Below, piece after piece: positions 1 to 9,386 of a stretch of DNA of 32,809 bases (position 1 is its first letter; each line of letters starts with the position of its first letter). This stretch comes from Octopus bimaculoides (lineage: Eukaryota). The DNA lies in assembly GCF_001194135.2 (NCBI RefSeq), contig NC_068994.1, forward strand, positions 10,654,058 to 10,686,866, written 5' to 3'. Under the pieces are notes generated by a model, which was not told the DNA's origin, made no database searches, and saw only the letters and a program-made list of their open reading frames with translations. A program made the translations under genes and the position numbers.

Positions 1-585
1 TTGTCCTTTGAGCGGCCGCTACCACTACTGCTACCGCCACTGCCACCGCCACCACTGCCACCGCCACCACCACCACCGCCATCGCCACCACCACTGGCAG
101 TGTGTTTCGCCTTGTTCTTTTCCTTTCCTTCGGAAGCAGCCTCACCCTCTGTCATAGCTGTTTCGGCTTTCTTCCTTTCCCCCTCCCCTCTCCCTACGCC
201 TCTTTCTTCTTCTCCTCCTCCTCCTTCTTCTTCTCCGGCTTCTTCCTCTTCCTCCTCCTCCTCCTCTTCTTCTTCTTCCACTCCCTCTTCGTCTTCCTCC
301 TCCTCCTCTTCGTCATCGTCCTCTTCACTCGTCCGTGATGTGCTGCTTTTCCCTGCTGCTCCTGATGTCGTAGTACTAGTAGTTGTTGTTGCTGTTGTTG
401 TTGTTGATGTTGCTGTTGCTGCTGCTGCTGCTGTTGACGATGCTGTCGTAGCTGTCACTGTTGCTGATGTCTGCTGCCGTTTACGACTCCGCTTTACGGA
501 ATGATGAGCGGCTTCTTCCTCTTCTTCTTCTTCTTTTTCGAGTTTCCGCTTTTTTGCTGCTGCAGCGATCGGACATGCTTGAACA
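1..585 (-). CDS. Myt1: Myt1-family exon (3'-partial): end of C2HC zinc finger 1, basic KKRK motif, Thr/Ala, acidic and Gly/Ser low-complexity tracts
   Basis: Acceptor ttttccag| at 586-587. Manual translation is stop-free to the window edge: (T)VQACPIAAAAKKRKLEKEEEEEEEAAHHSVKRSRKRQQTSATV...EEDDDEEEEE...GGGSGGSSSGSGRSKD. Resembles MYT1L HRSVYGCPLAKKRK plus the acidic tract (recalled sequence). Confidence 0.93.
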
Positions 586-1215
586 CTGGAAAATTGCAAA
601 AGAAAAATTATAAATATACATATATATATACATACACACATATATATATATATATATTATGCTAATAATATTAGGGATGAAAATCCAAATTTACAGATAA
701 AAATTCAATTTAATTTAATTTATCAAAATTAAAATTAAATTAAGTTTCACAGTATATAATAATATAAATATATAATTTAGAGAAAAGAACCACAATTCTT
801 GAACTCATCCATGAAAATCCACAGTCACATAGAAAAAAATTAGTAAGTAAATACTCTAAAAAGAACTATAATAAAAATACAAAGTAATAATTATTAAAAT
901 AATTATTTAATAATTATTACTTTGTATTTTTTTTAGAGTATTTACTTATTAAATTTTTCTATATAGTGTACATTTAAACACATAAGAGGTATCCATCATA
1001 GGATTCCCTCACGCTAGAAAGAACGGCTAAGTTCCAAATCACTATTAGGGATAAAATTTCGAAAGGAATGAAAAATAAAAACATTTACCATTTAGTTATT
1101 ATAGATGGAAGGTTAAGTGGGCCTGCGGTCCAAAACTAAACCATCTAGTTATTATATATATATACACACATATATAATAAAATAAAATAAATAGGAAATA
1201 AATAAAATAAAAAGA

Positions 1216-1320
1216 AAGGCAAAGTCGACATTGGCAGAATTTGAACCGAGAACATAAAGATAGAGAGAATACTGCAAAGCATTTTGCCAAGCATGCTAAC
1301 AGTTCTGCCAGCTCACTGCC
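1216..1320 (-). mobile_element. tRNA-derived SINE family B, 5' fragment
   Basis: Reverse complement matches the head of copies at 17755 and 7963 (gagctggcagaa...gttcaaattc...gtcgactttgcct). Confidence 0.7.
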
Positions 1321-1752
1321 ATATGGATAAGATTTTCTCACATGTCGTTGAATACAAAATTTGCTAACACTTCATATTCTTGCCTTTCTTTAAATTTAAG
1401 AAAGTTGTTAAATTGTTATTCAACATGCATAAAAGTACATCATAGCTATCGCCACTGGCAGACAATCACGGCTACTCCTCCCCCCACTTGGACTACCAGA
1501 TCATGTGATTTCAGCCTGAGTTGGCCTTTTCAATGATAGACACCAAAATGGCCGGAAAAAGCAGTGACTGCTGTGCTAGTGACATACATAGCAAATTATG
1601 CTCTACCTTTGTTATATAATTGCTCCCATCACTTTGTTAAGTTTTTAAGGCCTCTCTGATGAGTGAGCAGTGATTTAACCCCTTAGTATTTAAACCAGTA
1701 ATATGTGGCCCAGATTTTCTGTCCATTTTATATTCAAACCAGCCTAATTCAG

Positions 1753-2087
1753 TTCTATATTTAAGAGATGAGGAATTATGTACATTATTTACATTATTTA
1801 CATTATTTACATATGCCCACGGACATATGGCATAGTGGTTAAGAGCGCAGGCTACTAACACCAAGATTCTGAGTTTGATTCCAAGTAGTGACCTGAACAA
1901 TAACAACAACAACAACAACAATAATAATAATAATAATGATAATATCGAAAAATACCTTAGGAATGAGAACCCAAGTTTGAAATTTCCCCAAGACATCTGA
2001 AGAAGGCTGGAGGGTATATAAGCCGAAATGTTGTGTTAACAACAAACAAGATGAGGACAAATATCCGTCGAATGTAAATAATGTAAA
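1753..2087 (+). mobile_element. tRNA-headed SINE with (AAC/AAT)n spacer, hammerhead motif and inverted tail segment
   Basis: A-box TGGCATAGTGG 1828-1838, B-box GAGTTTGATTCC 1871-1882; 13-bp direct repeat CAGCCTAATTCAG at 1740-1752 and 2088-2100 (TSD). Confidence 0.8.
1992..2037 (+). ncRNA. Minimal type I hammerhead ribozyme motif, Penelope-like (probably partly decayed copy)
   Basis: Stem I GACAT 1992-1996 / GTGTT 2033-2037; core CTGAAGA(+A) 1997-2004; stem II GGCT 2005-2008 / AGCC 2021-2024; GAAA 2025-2028; loopless stem III ATGT; GUU triplet ending at 2032. Confidence 0.7.
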
Positions 2088-2164
2088 CAGCCTAATTCAG
2101 CCTTTTACACTTACCCTACAATATTATGCCATAAAAAATGCACTTGTGCTGCTGCTGCATAAAT

Positions 2165-2335
2165 GCACCCACGCTGGTGGCATGTAAAAAGCACCCAAGA
2201 CACTCTGTGAAGAGTATGGCATTAAGAAGGCCATCCAGTTATAGAAACCATGCCACAAAAGACAACTGGAGTCTGGACAGCTCCCGGATTACATCTCCAT
2301 GGAAAACTGACGTCAAACAATAATGATGATAATGA
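2165..2335 (+). mobile_element. SINE family D 3' part with (GAT)n tail
   Basis: gcatgtaaaaagcacc...aagaaggccatccag...catggaaaactgacgtcaaacaataatgatgat aligns with the reverse complement of 5057-5271. Confidence 0.65.
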
Positions 2336-2549
2336 TGACATCATTGAAATCTTTAAGCTATGAAAGAAGGGACAGTAAGCATTATACCTGACAGAGTAAT
2401 CCGAATGCTAAAGGGTTAATTAATAAATAACTAGGACAGGCATACCTGTTGCTCACTCCAGACCCTTTGGAAAACCCGAATGCGACGTTATTTATTAACA
2501 GCAGTTGCAACCAAAACCAACACTAAGAAGGGAACATGGTAATACTTAC

Positions 2550-2612
2550 GTTCGATGCCGGGCATGTTTTCCTGTAATGTGACCTTGACCACTACAGCCT
2601 GGCGTCGGACAT
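2550..2612 (-). CDS. Myt1: Myt1-family 63-nt exon encoding most of C2HC zinc finger 1 ([20 protein letters not shown])
   Basis: tctgacag|A TGT CCG ACG CCA GGC TGT ... CAT CGA AC|gtaagt; phase 2 to 2. Matches the Myt1 C2HC consensus CPxPGCxGxGHxxGxYxxHRSxxxCP and splices in frame to exon 1-585. Confidence 0.95.
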
Positions 2613-2636
2613 CTGTCAGATATATTGGAAATGAGA

Positions 2637-2675
<39 letters not shown>

Positions 2676-2821
2676 TATAGTATTGTATATTTGAAAAAAA
2701 AGTGAATAAAAATGACTTTTGTGATAATTTTTCCACTTTAATAATTGGATGTTTATAACTTACAAACATATAATTATGAAAGTGGAAAGATTATCAGAAA
2801 AGCCATTTCTATTAATGTTTT

Positions 2822-2852
<31 letters not shown>

Positions 2853-3813
2853 NNNNNNNNNNNNNNNNNNNNNNNNNNNNNNNNNNNNNNNNNNNNNNNN
2901 NNNNNNNNNNNNNNNNNNNNNNNNNNNNNNNNNNNNNNNNNNNNNNNNNNNNNNNNNNNNNNNNNNNNNNNNNNNNNNNNNNNNNNNNNNNNNNNNNNNN
3001 NNNNNNNNNNNNNNNNNNNNNNNNNNNNNNNNNNNNNNNNNNNNNNNNNNNNNNNNNNNNNNNNNNNNNNNNNNNNNNNNNNNNNNNNNNNNNNNNNNNN
3101 NNNNNNNNNNNNNNNNNNNNNNNNNNNNNNNNNNNNNNNNTATATATATATGTATATATATATACAGCAATAAAAAATGGAGGGGATTAATAGGTGGTAC
3201 TCATCAACTTGCAGACATTGTATTATGTCAATTTACTTGTTTATTTGTTTACTAAAAGGACAATAATAACAATATATGTGTCTTTAGGTGGGATAGGTAT
3301 GTCCTTCAGTGATGAGTCTATCTTTATCAACTCCATTTTACCAGCAGTATTCATTTTGAGGGTCTATTATATTATACTCAAATGTACTCACTCTCATAAG
3401 CAATATTATACACAATGCAAAGATATTTTATATAGAAATAAGTAGTAATAATAAATAGTCCTCATTCAATTATAAATCCAAGAAAGTTAGAGGTTATGAA
3501 TCCAACCAACTAAGGGATAATATCTATCCAATATACTGCTGGAAGAATACCTAATTATTGTTACACTAGTGTTTTTTCATTGCATGGCAATTACATTACC
3601 AAGTGCAATAAATGGGTGGAGAGTATTAATTATACTCTCACATGATAGAAATAATAGTAATTCTAAGTAGTGACACTAAGAACAACAGCAAACAGAACCC
3701 TTATATAAAATATACTGAACAATACATGATAAACTAATCTAAATCTGGTATTGATATAAAATGGAGCATAGACAATAATGACAATAATAATAAAGAAGAG
3801 AAAGAAAGCTTAC

Positions 3814-3835
3814 CCGCCAGATTCTGGAAGTGTTT
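3814..3835 (-). CDS. Myt1: 22-nt Myt1 microexon ((E)TLPESG(G))
   Basis: attttcag|AAACACTTCCAGAATCTGGCGG|gtaagc; phase 1 to 2, which is what is needed to join exon 4698-4761 to exon 2550-2612. Confidence 0.85.
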
Positions 3836-3989
3836 CTGAAAATATTAATGAAAATATAATGGAATATTAGAATATAAGAATAGCAGAATAGTACATTGTT
3901 TAGCGTATATTCTGGAATTGTAGAATATTTAATTTGACAAAGACAATTCATGTAATGTGTATATGTGTGTATATATGTGTGAAGAAGAA

Positions 3990-4074
3990 CCTCACATTGC
4001 AACCAGATGGTTTCTGGTTCAGTCCCACTGCACAGTAGCTTGAGCAAGTGTCTGCTACTATAGGCATGGACCAA
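3990..4074 (+). mobile_element. CORE-type tRNA SINE family A fragment
   Basis: ggttcagtcccactgca...ttgagcaagtgtct...actatag is shared with copies at 15090, 15677, 21770 and 23005. The ttg(g/a)gcaagt stretch resembles the CORE domain. Confidence 0.65.
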
Positions 4075-4697
4075 TCACATGCACGCATGCACACATACAC
4101 ACACAGGTATATAGTTGAAATTTATAATAAGACAAAGACAAAGACAGGTGTAGGAACAACAAGCAAATGTATTAGTTTGATGCTTGGGAAAAATGTAAAA
4201 GTCTTTTACGTTTCGAGCCTACGCTCTTTATCAGAAAGGAATAAAAGGAAACAAATAGAGAGAGAATGGGAAAAAAAAAAAACGTGTTGAGTTCAGTGGT
4301 CCAACATGGTGAAATATATATATATATATATCCATAGATAAATATTTTGTGTCTTGGGAAAGTTCTTATGCCAATAATAATGACACACACACAGGTCCAG
4401 CTTCACTTCTTTATTATCAGTCAACTGGTTAGATATCTAATCATCTAATCAATTAACTAATTGATTGTTTGCTTAATGTGTTGGTTAATGCTCTTTTGTT
4501 GCTGTTTGCAACCGTTTTTGGTTACCCGTGACTCCCAGCTTGCTCCAAGGTCTGCTACTACACACACACTATCATACATTTATGCATACATATACATACA
4601 TGAGGAGAAAATGGGGAAAGGATGAAAAGAGAAAATGGTAGGAGAGTGTAACAGTAGTAATAGAAAAATAAAGTATAAAAAACAACAAGCTATTTAC

Positions 4698-4761
4698 CTT
4701 TACCAGCGGGAACTTTAGCTGACCGAGTTCGTTTTGAATCATAGGAACTTGTCTGTTCGGT
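4698..4761 (-). CDS. Myt1: Myt1 exon with KRTRS motif (TEQTSSYDSKRTRSAKVPAGK)
   Basis: Long AG-free pyrimidine-rich stretch ending cacatcag|ACC; donor AAAG|gtaaat; phase 0 to 1. KRTRS resembles the KRxRTRSK motif before ZF1 in vertebrate MYT1/MYT1L (recalled). Confidence 0.85.
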
Positions 4762-5056
4762 CTGATGTGTCAGACGTAAGATATTTCGTAGGAGACACAT
4801 GATAAGGAAAATAGAAAATTAATTAGATAAATGAATAAGCAGTTTTGATTAATGTTATAGAAAGATAATACATAATAATTAGTATCAATAAGGCAGAGGG
4901 GAAGATTAGCAGAAAGGGGACCACCAGTGGTGGGATATCCTGACAGACGAGGGTTCAGCAATTTCTTGCTGAATGATATACACAAATGATTTGTTTGTAA
5001 GGGTCAACTGTTTGTGTGGTACATCAGCTCACTCCTTCTACCACCACCACCACCAC

Positions 5057-5271
5057 CATCATCATCTTTTAACGTCCGTTTTCCATGCTGGCATGGGTTG
5101 GACGGTTTGACTGCAGACTGGCAAGCCAGTAGGCTGCACCAGGCTCCAATCTGATATGGCAAAGTTTCTACAGCTGGATGCCCTTCCTAATGGCAACCAC
5201 TCCAAGAGTGTAGTGGGTGCATTTTACATGTCAATGGCATGGGAGCCAGTCAGATGGCACTGGCATCGACC
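5057..5271 (-). mobile_element. SINE family D
   Basis: catcatc-tttaacgtccgttttccatgctggcatgggttggac...ctggatgcccttcctaa...; related segments at 2165, 13148 and 30541. Confidence 0.75.
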
Positions 5272-5327
5272 CATCAAAACAATATTTCCTGTACATCATA
5301 TTTTAAAGCTATTGGAAAGCAACAAAA

Positions 5328-5437
5328 AATAAAGTGTTTTGTTCAAGAACATAATACACTACCCAGTCCAGGAATTGAAGCCATGATCTTGTGATCGTGT
5401 GTGCAACATCCTAACCAGTAGGCCATGTGCCTTCATG
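5328..5437 (-). mobile_element. tRNA/CORE-type SINE family C head
   Basis: aaataaagtgt..ttgttcaagaac...ccaggaattgaa...ctaaccagtaggcca aligns with 30961-31102 and 31447-31591. Confidence 0.7.
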
Positions 5438-5478
5438 AGCAAAAAGGGCAGCGCATTGGATAAAGGTCAAATCAAACC

Positions 5479-5965
5479 CCAAAACTATATGGGGCTTACT
5501 GAAAATCCATTTACAAAAAGATTTTCACGATATTGAATTTTTATCCTTACACTATGACTAGATACAACCACTCTCGAGCTGTTGTGTGTTTTATACATAT
5601 GATAAAAGATGAAACTTAATTAGGATCACTAAGACAGTGTTGAAGATTAATTGAAAGGGTACAGTGTTGGATAACAGTGAAACCAAAAACAATATAGAAC
5701 AAATTGAAAATCCATTTAAACAAAGATCTTCACAATATTGAATTTTTCACCAATACTAAGACTACATTTACAACGTCCGCCACTTTGCTATTGTGTATTT
5801 TATACATATGATAAAAGATAACACATAGTTTATATCAATAAGGAAGTTTAGAAGAAAAGATAGAGTATTGAACAGTGAAGTCCAAAGCTATATAGGACTT
5901 ACTGAAATTTCATAAAAAAAAAGATCTTCACAATATTGGATTTTTCATCAATACTAAGAATAATA
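5479..5965. repeat. Diverged tandem repeat, about 200-bp unit, about 2.4 copies
   Basis: Units start near 5479, 5683 and 5882; shared blocks aagat(c/t)ttcac(a/g)atattg, ttttatacatatgataaaagat and aacagtgaa. Confidence 0.75.
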
Positions 5966-6086
5966 CACAGTAATGACCTCCTTGTTTTATATATATACAA
6001 TACTGAGATGTGAAAATATTAATTAATAAACAGACATGTCATGTTCTGCATCTAACAATAGATGAAAGTGTAAGACTTTGTCTAAT

Positions 6087-6200
<114 letters not shown>

Positions 6201-6491
6201 GTCGTTGTTATTCTGAAAGACTCTCGGATAGTTCTCAGTTATTCTTTACTTGAAAGCAGGCAACAACAAATCACCAAAGGTTTCAAGTAATGCCTTCTCC
6301 TGTGACTCAAAGAGACAATAGTCTCCTTAGAATGCGATCTGTACCCAACAAGGCTGTCTTCTGGATCACTTTGTGCCTGCTGACAGCAGCTCAAATATTC
6401 TTAACATGTTTTTCAAAGCCCTTGAAACTGCTCCTAACGTTCCAATTACCCCTGGTATCACCACTACTTTCCTCATGACCCATAACTTAAC
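6201..6491 (-). mobile_element. 5'-truncated R4/Dong-like non-LTR retrotransposon (ORF C-terminus plus 3' UTR)
   Basis: Minus-strand translation KLWVMRKVVVIPGVIGTLGAVSRAL..., then after a frameshift VIQKTALLGTDRILRRLLSL* (stop 6307-6309). This matches the recalled R4/Dong C-terminal motifs W..V.VVPVVIGALG and QK..LLGT.RILR. (AAT)n on both sides. Confidence 0.75.
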
Positions 6492-6977
6492 ATTATCATT
6501 ATTATTATTATGTTTTGACAACCAATCATATTTTGAGGAATAATATTTCAGTGTGTTCACAAATGTCTATTCTGCAACAAGTTACAAACACTTCCTAATC
6601 AATTTAGTCATAAGAAATGTAGCAAACTAATAACAAATCCATATTAAATCTGTAACAAAAAGCTACTATTCAATAATTGCATTATAAAATATATATAAAT
6701 AAAGCAATCACAGCTAAACTTCTCTCAGTTATTTTTCAATTCCCTGGGTAAAAGAGGTACAGTGAGGGCTAAAGATAGAGACCCTCCATCTGAGATTTAG
6801 TAGAATAGAAATATGAACTGTCAAAAATACATGCCTCACACCATGCATTCAATCTTAATGCAGTGTCATGCACATCCAATCTTTTACTTTCTCATCGAAA
6901 GCTATGTAAGTCATTTAAAAAAATAGAATTTTATTCATATGGTTTTATGTATGTGATCCAAGTGTTCAAATTATTAA

Positions 6978-7198
6978 CCCTTTTGTTACCATATTTCTAT
7001 TGAGATGCTCTGTGTTTCTTTCAATTAATTTTGAATATAGCAAAGAATTTAGTAAAATAACTTAGTTATCATTAAGCTAGAGTTAGGAACTTACATCACG
7101 ATGAAGGTTTGGTGGAAGGTTTTAATTCAGAACTTTTGGAAACGGTTATTTGTACTACAGAGCCAGAGGCGGTTTCAGCCTGGTTAGTATCAAAAGGG
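6978..7198. mobile_element. TTAA-flanked piggyBac-like MITE
   Basis: TTAA|CCCTTTTGTTAC ... GTATCAAAAGGG|TTAA; TIRs match at 11 of 12 positions; TTAA at 6974-6977 and 7199-7202. Confidence 0.8.
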
Positions 7199-7403
7199 TT
7201 AAATAAAATCTGTTGTACACTGAATTACTGCCAAATCAAATAAATAACATTGTTGTTGTTGGCACTCTTTTGAGTTCTCTATTGAGCCCTAGGACCCACT
7301 TGGACAATTACCTGCTTTCCATGGTATATAAGTGACTGAGATCACAACATTCACCCTGACTGGGGGTCTGGACTCTAGGAGGGTTAATCATTTACAGCTA
7401 AGT

Positions 7404-7520
7404 GGACCAGCGCAATGGGAAAGGAAGCATTTTGCTCAAGAATACAATGCACTGCGTGGTCCAGGAATTGAAACCACAATCTTATGATCATGAGTACAAC
7501 ATTCAAATCACTTGGTCATG
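7404..7520 (-). mobile_element. SINE family C head, diverged
   Basis: ttgctcaagaatacaatgc...ggtccaggaattgaaaccac...atgatcatgag is similar to 5328-5437. Confidence 0.6.
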
Positions 7521-7962
7521 TATCTTCTCCATCACTCATGGAGGCCCTGAAGAGAGTTGTGAGTCATGTTGCCTTCCCCCAACTCCAGGAAAACAAAAAC
7601 AAAACAAGGGAAACCGATTCTCAGTTTGTTTGTCACTTTCATAATTAGCAGAAGAAACATACATTAAGAACTACAGAGGGAAAACCCCAAATCTTAAATC
7701 CAGGGTCTTACTCCCACTAAATGCCAATGTCCAAATTTTCCAAGATCCAAAAACCAAAAATTAGATAAAAAAAAAGACAAAACAAAAACCATCAACATCA
7801 TGCCATTAAGATAAACCAAACAAAATAAATTTAAAAAATTAATAAAAATTGAACAATTTTTTTTTTACATATTGCATATTAGTGTAATGGTTGTGGTTGT
7901 TCAAGTCCAGATCAGGCATCCAAAGAAAAAAAAAACAAAAAAAAATGCTAACAAAAACAATC

Positions 7963-8178
7963 TTTTCTACTATAGGGCACAGGGCCTGAAATTTTTGGGG
8001 AAGGTTCCAGTCGATTACATCGACCCCAGAACTCAACTGGTACTTCTTTTATCAACCCCGAAAGGAAGAAAGGCCAAAGTCAGCCTTACCAGAATTTGAA
8101 CTCAGAACTCTAAGATGGATGAAATGCTGCTAAGCATTTTTCTCATCATGCTAATGATGTCACTAGTTCACTGCCTTC
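7963..8178 (-). mobile_element. tRNA-derived SINE family B, near full length
   Basis: gtcgattacatcgacccca...ggtact...atcaaccccgaaagga.gaaagg...gaatttgaactcagaac aligns with the reverse complement of 17755-17965. Confidence 0.75.
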
Positions 8179-9355
8179 AAATTTAATAAAAACAATGGTA
8201 AAACAAAAAAAAAATACCAAAATCTGGGTTTGTTACGTGCAGAAGAAGGATGTAAAATGGTAAGAGAGGGAGGAAGGGTAGTAGTAGTAGTAGTAATAGT
8301 AGAACTATTAGCAGCAGCAGCAGTAGTAGTAGCAGTAGTAGTAGTAGTAGTAGTAGTAGTGGGTTCCAAAGTTTAGTAGTTCTTGAAGAGTCATGCGCAT
8401 TGCATCCAAGGCCCCAATACAGCGTGGCTGCTAGCGTTGCCTTCGCTTCGCAATTTGGTAACCATGAGAACGGTGCCAAAGCAGATTTGGGAATTTGAAC
8501 ATTACCTCAAAAAAGGTAAAAGAGGTACCCTGCTTCACGTATTTTGTAGTTGGTGTTGTTTGTGGAAGATTGCTGCCATTTCAATAAGAAAGTAGTTTGC
8601 CATCTTTGTTGAAGCAGAAGATGACCAAAATGAAACCTGTCTATAAAGAGGTGCAGATTGTAGTAAGAGTAAGATGAAAACATTGTATAAACTACAACCA
8701 GCTGTATAATATATATATGTGTCTGTGTGTATATATATATATATATATATATNNNNNNNNNNNNNNNNNNNNNNNNNNNNNNNNNNNNNNNNNNNNNNNN
8801 NNNNNNNNNNNNNNNNNNNNNNNNNNNNNNNNNNNNNNNNNNNNNNNNNNNNNNNNNNNNNNNNNNNNNNNNNNNNNNNNNNNNNNNNNNNNNNNNNNNN
8901 NNNNNNNNNNNNNNNNNNNNNNNNNNNNNNNNNNNNNNNNNNNNNNNNNNNNNNNNNNNNNNNNNNNNNNNNNNNNNNNNNNNNNNNNNNNNNNNNNNNN
9001 NNNNNNNNNNNNNNNNNNNNNNNNNNNNNNNNNNNNNNNNNNNNNNNNNNNNNNNNNNNNNNNNNNNNNNNNNNNNNNNNNNNNNNNNNNNNNNNNNNNN
9101 NNNNNNNNNNNNNNNNNNNNNNNNNNNNNNNNNNNNNNNNNNNNNNNNNNNNNNNNNNNNNNNNNNNNNNNNNNNNNNNNNNNNNNNNNNNNNNNNNNNN
9201 NNNNNNNNNNNNNNNNNNNNNNNNNNNNNNNNNNNNNNNNNNNNNNNNNNNNNNNNNNNNNNNNNNNNNNNNNNNNNNNNNNNNNNNNNNNNNNNNNNNN
9301 NNNNNNNNNNNNNNNNNNNNNNATATATGCACACACAAATGTATATATATGTATG

Positions 9356-9386
<31 letters not shown>

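Larger units (their letters stand above)
1679..2415 (-). mobile_element. TTAA-flanked piggyBac-like MITE interrupted by two SINE insertions
   Basis: TTAA at 1675-1678 and 2416-2419; imperfect TIRs CCCCTTAGTATT / CCCTTTAGCATT. Segments 1679-1752, about 2101-2150 and about 2336-2415 align with the uninterrupted copy at 10912-11116. Confidence 0.75.

Noticed and set aside
1-504. 167-aa plus-strand ORF (poly-Pro/Ser/Val)
   Set aside because: It is the antisense shadow of the Myt1 exon; the splice signals and homology are on the minus strand.
1656-1690. CTGATGA, a possible second hammerhead core
   Set aside because: No stem II or GAAA follows.
1821-1893. tRNA-like sequence
   Set aside because: The acceptor and anticodon stems do not pair properly and it continues into a SINE body inside a TSD; it is a SINE head, not a tRNA gene.
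4880-4973. Possible extra exon after cattcag| with two small hairpins
   Set aside because: No credible donor and not needed to keep the frame; hairpins of 6-8 bp are expected by chance.
5495-5960. AG...GT-framed segments of about 51 nt in each 200-bp repeat unit (tandem mutually exclusive exons?)
   Set aside because: The homologous frame has stops in two of three units, unit 2 lacks the donor, and the phases do not fit the Myt1 intron.
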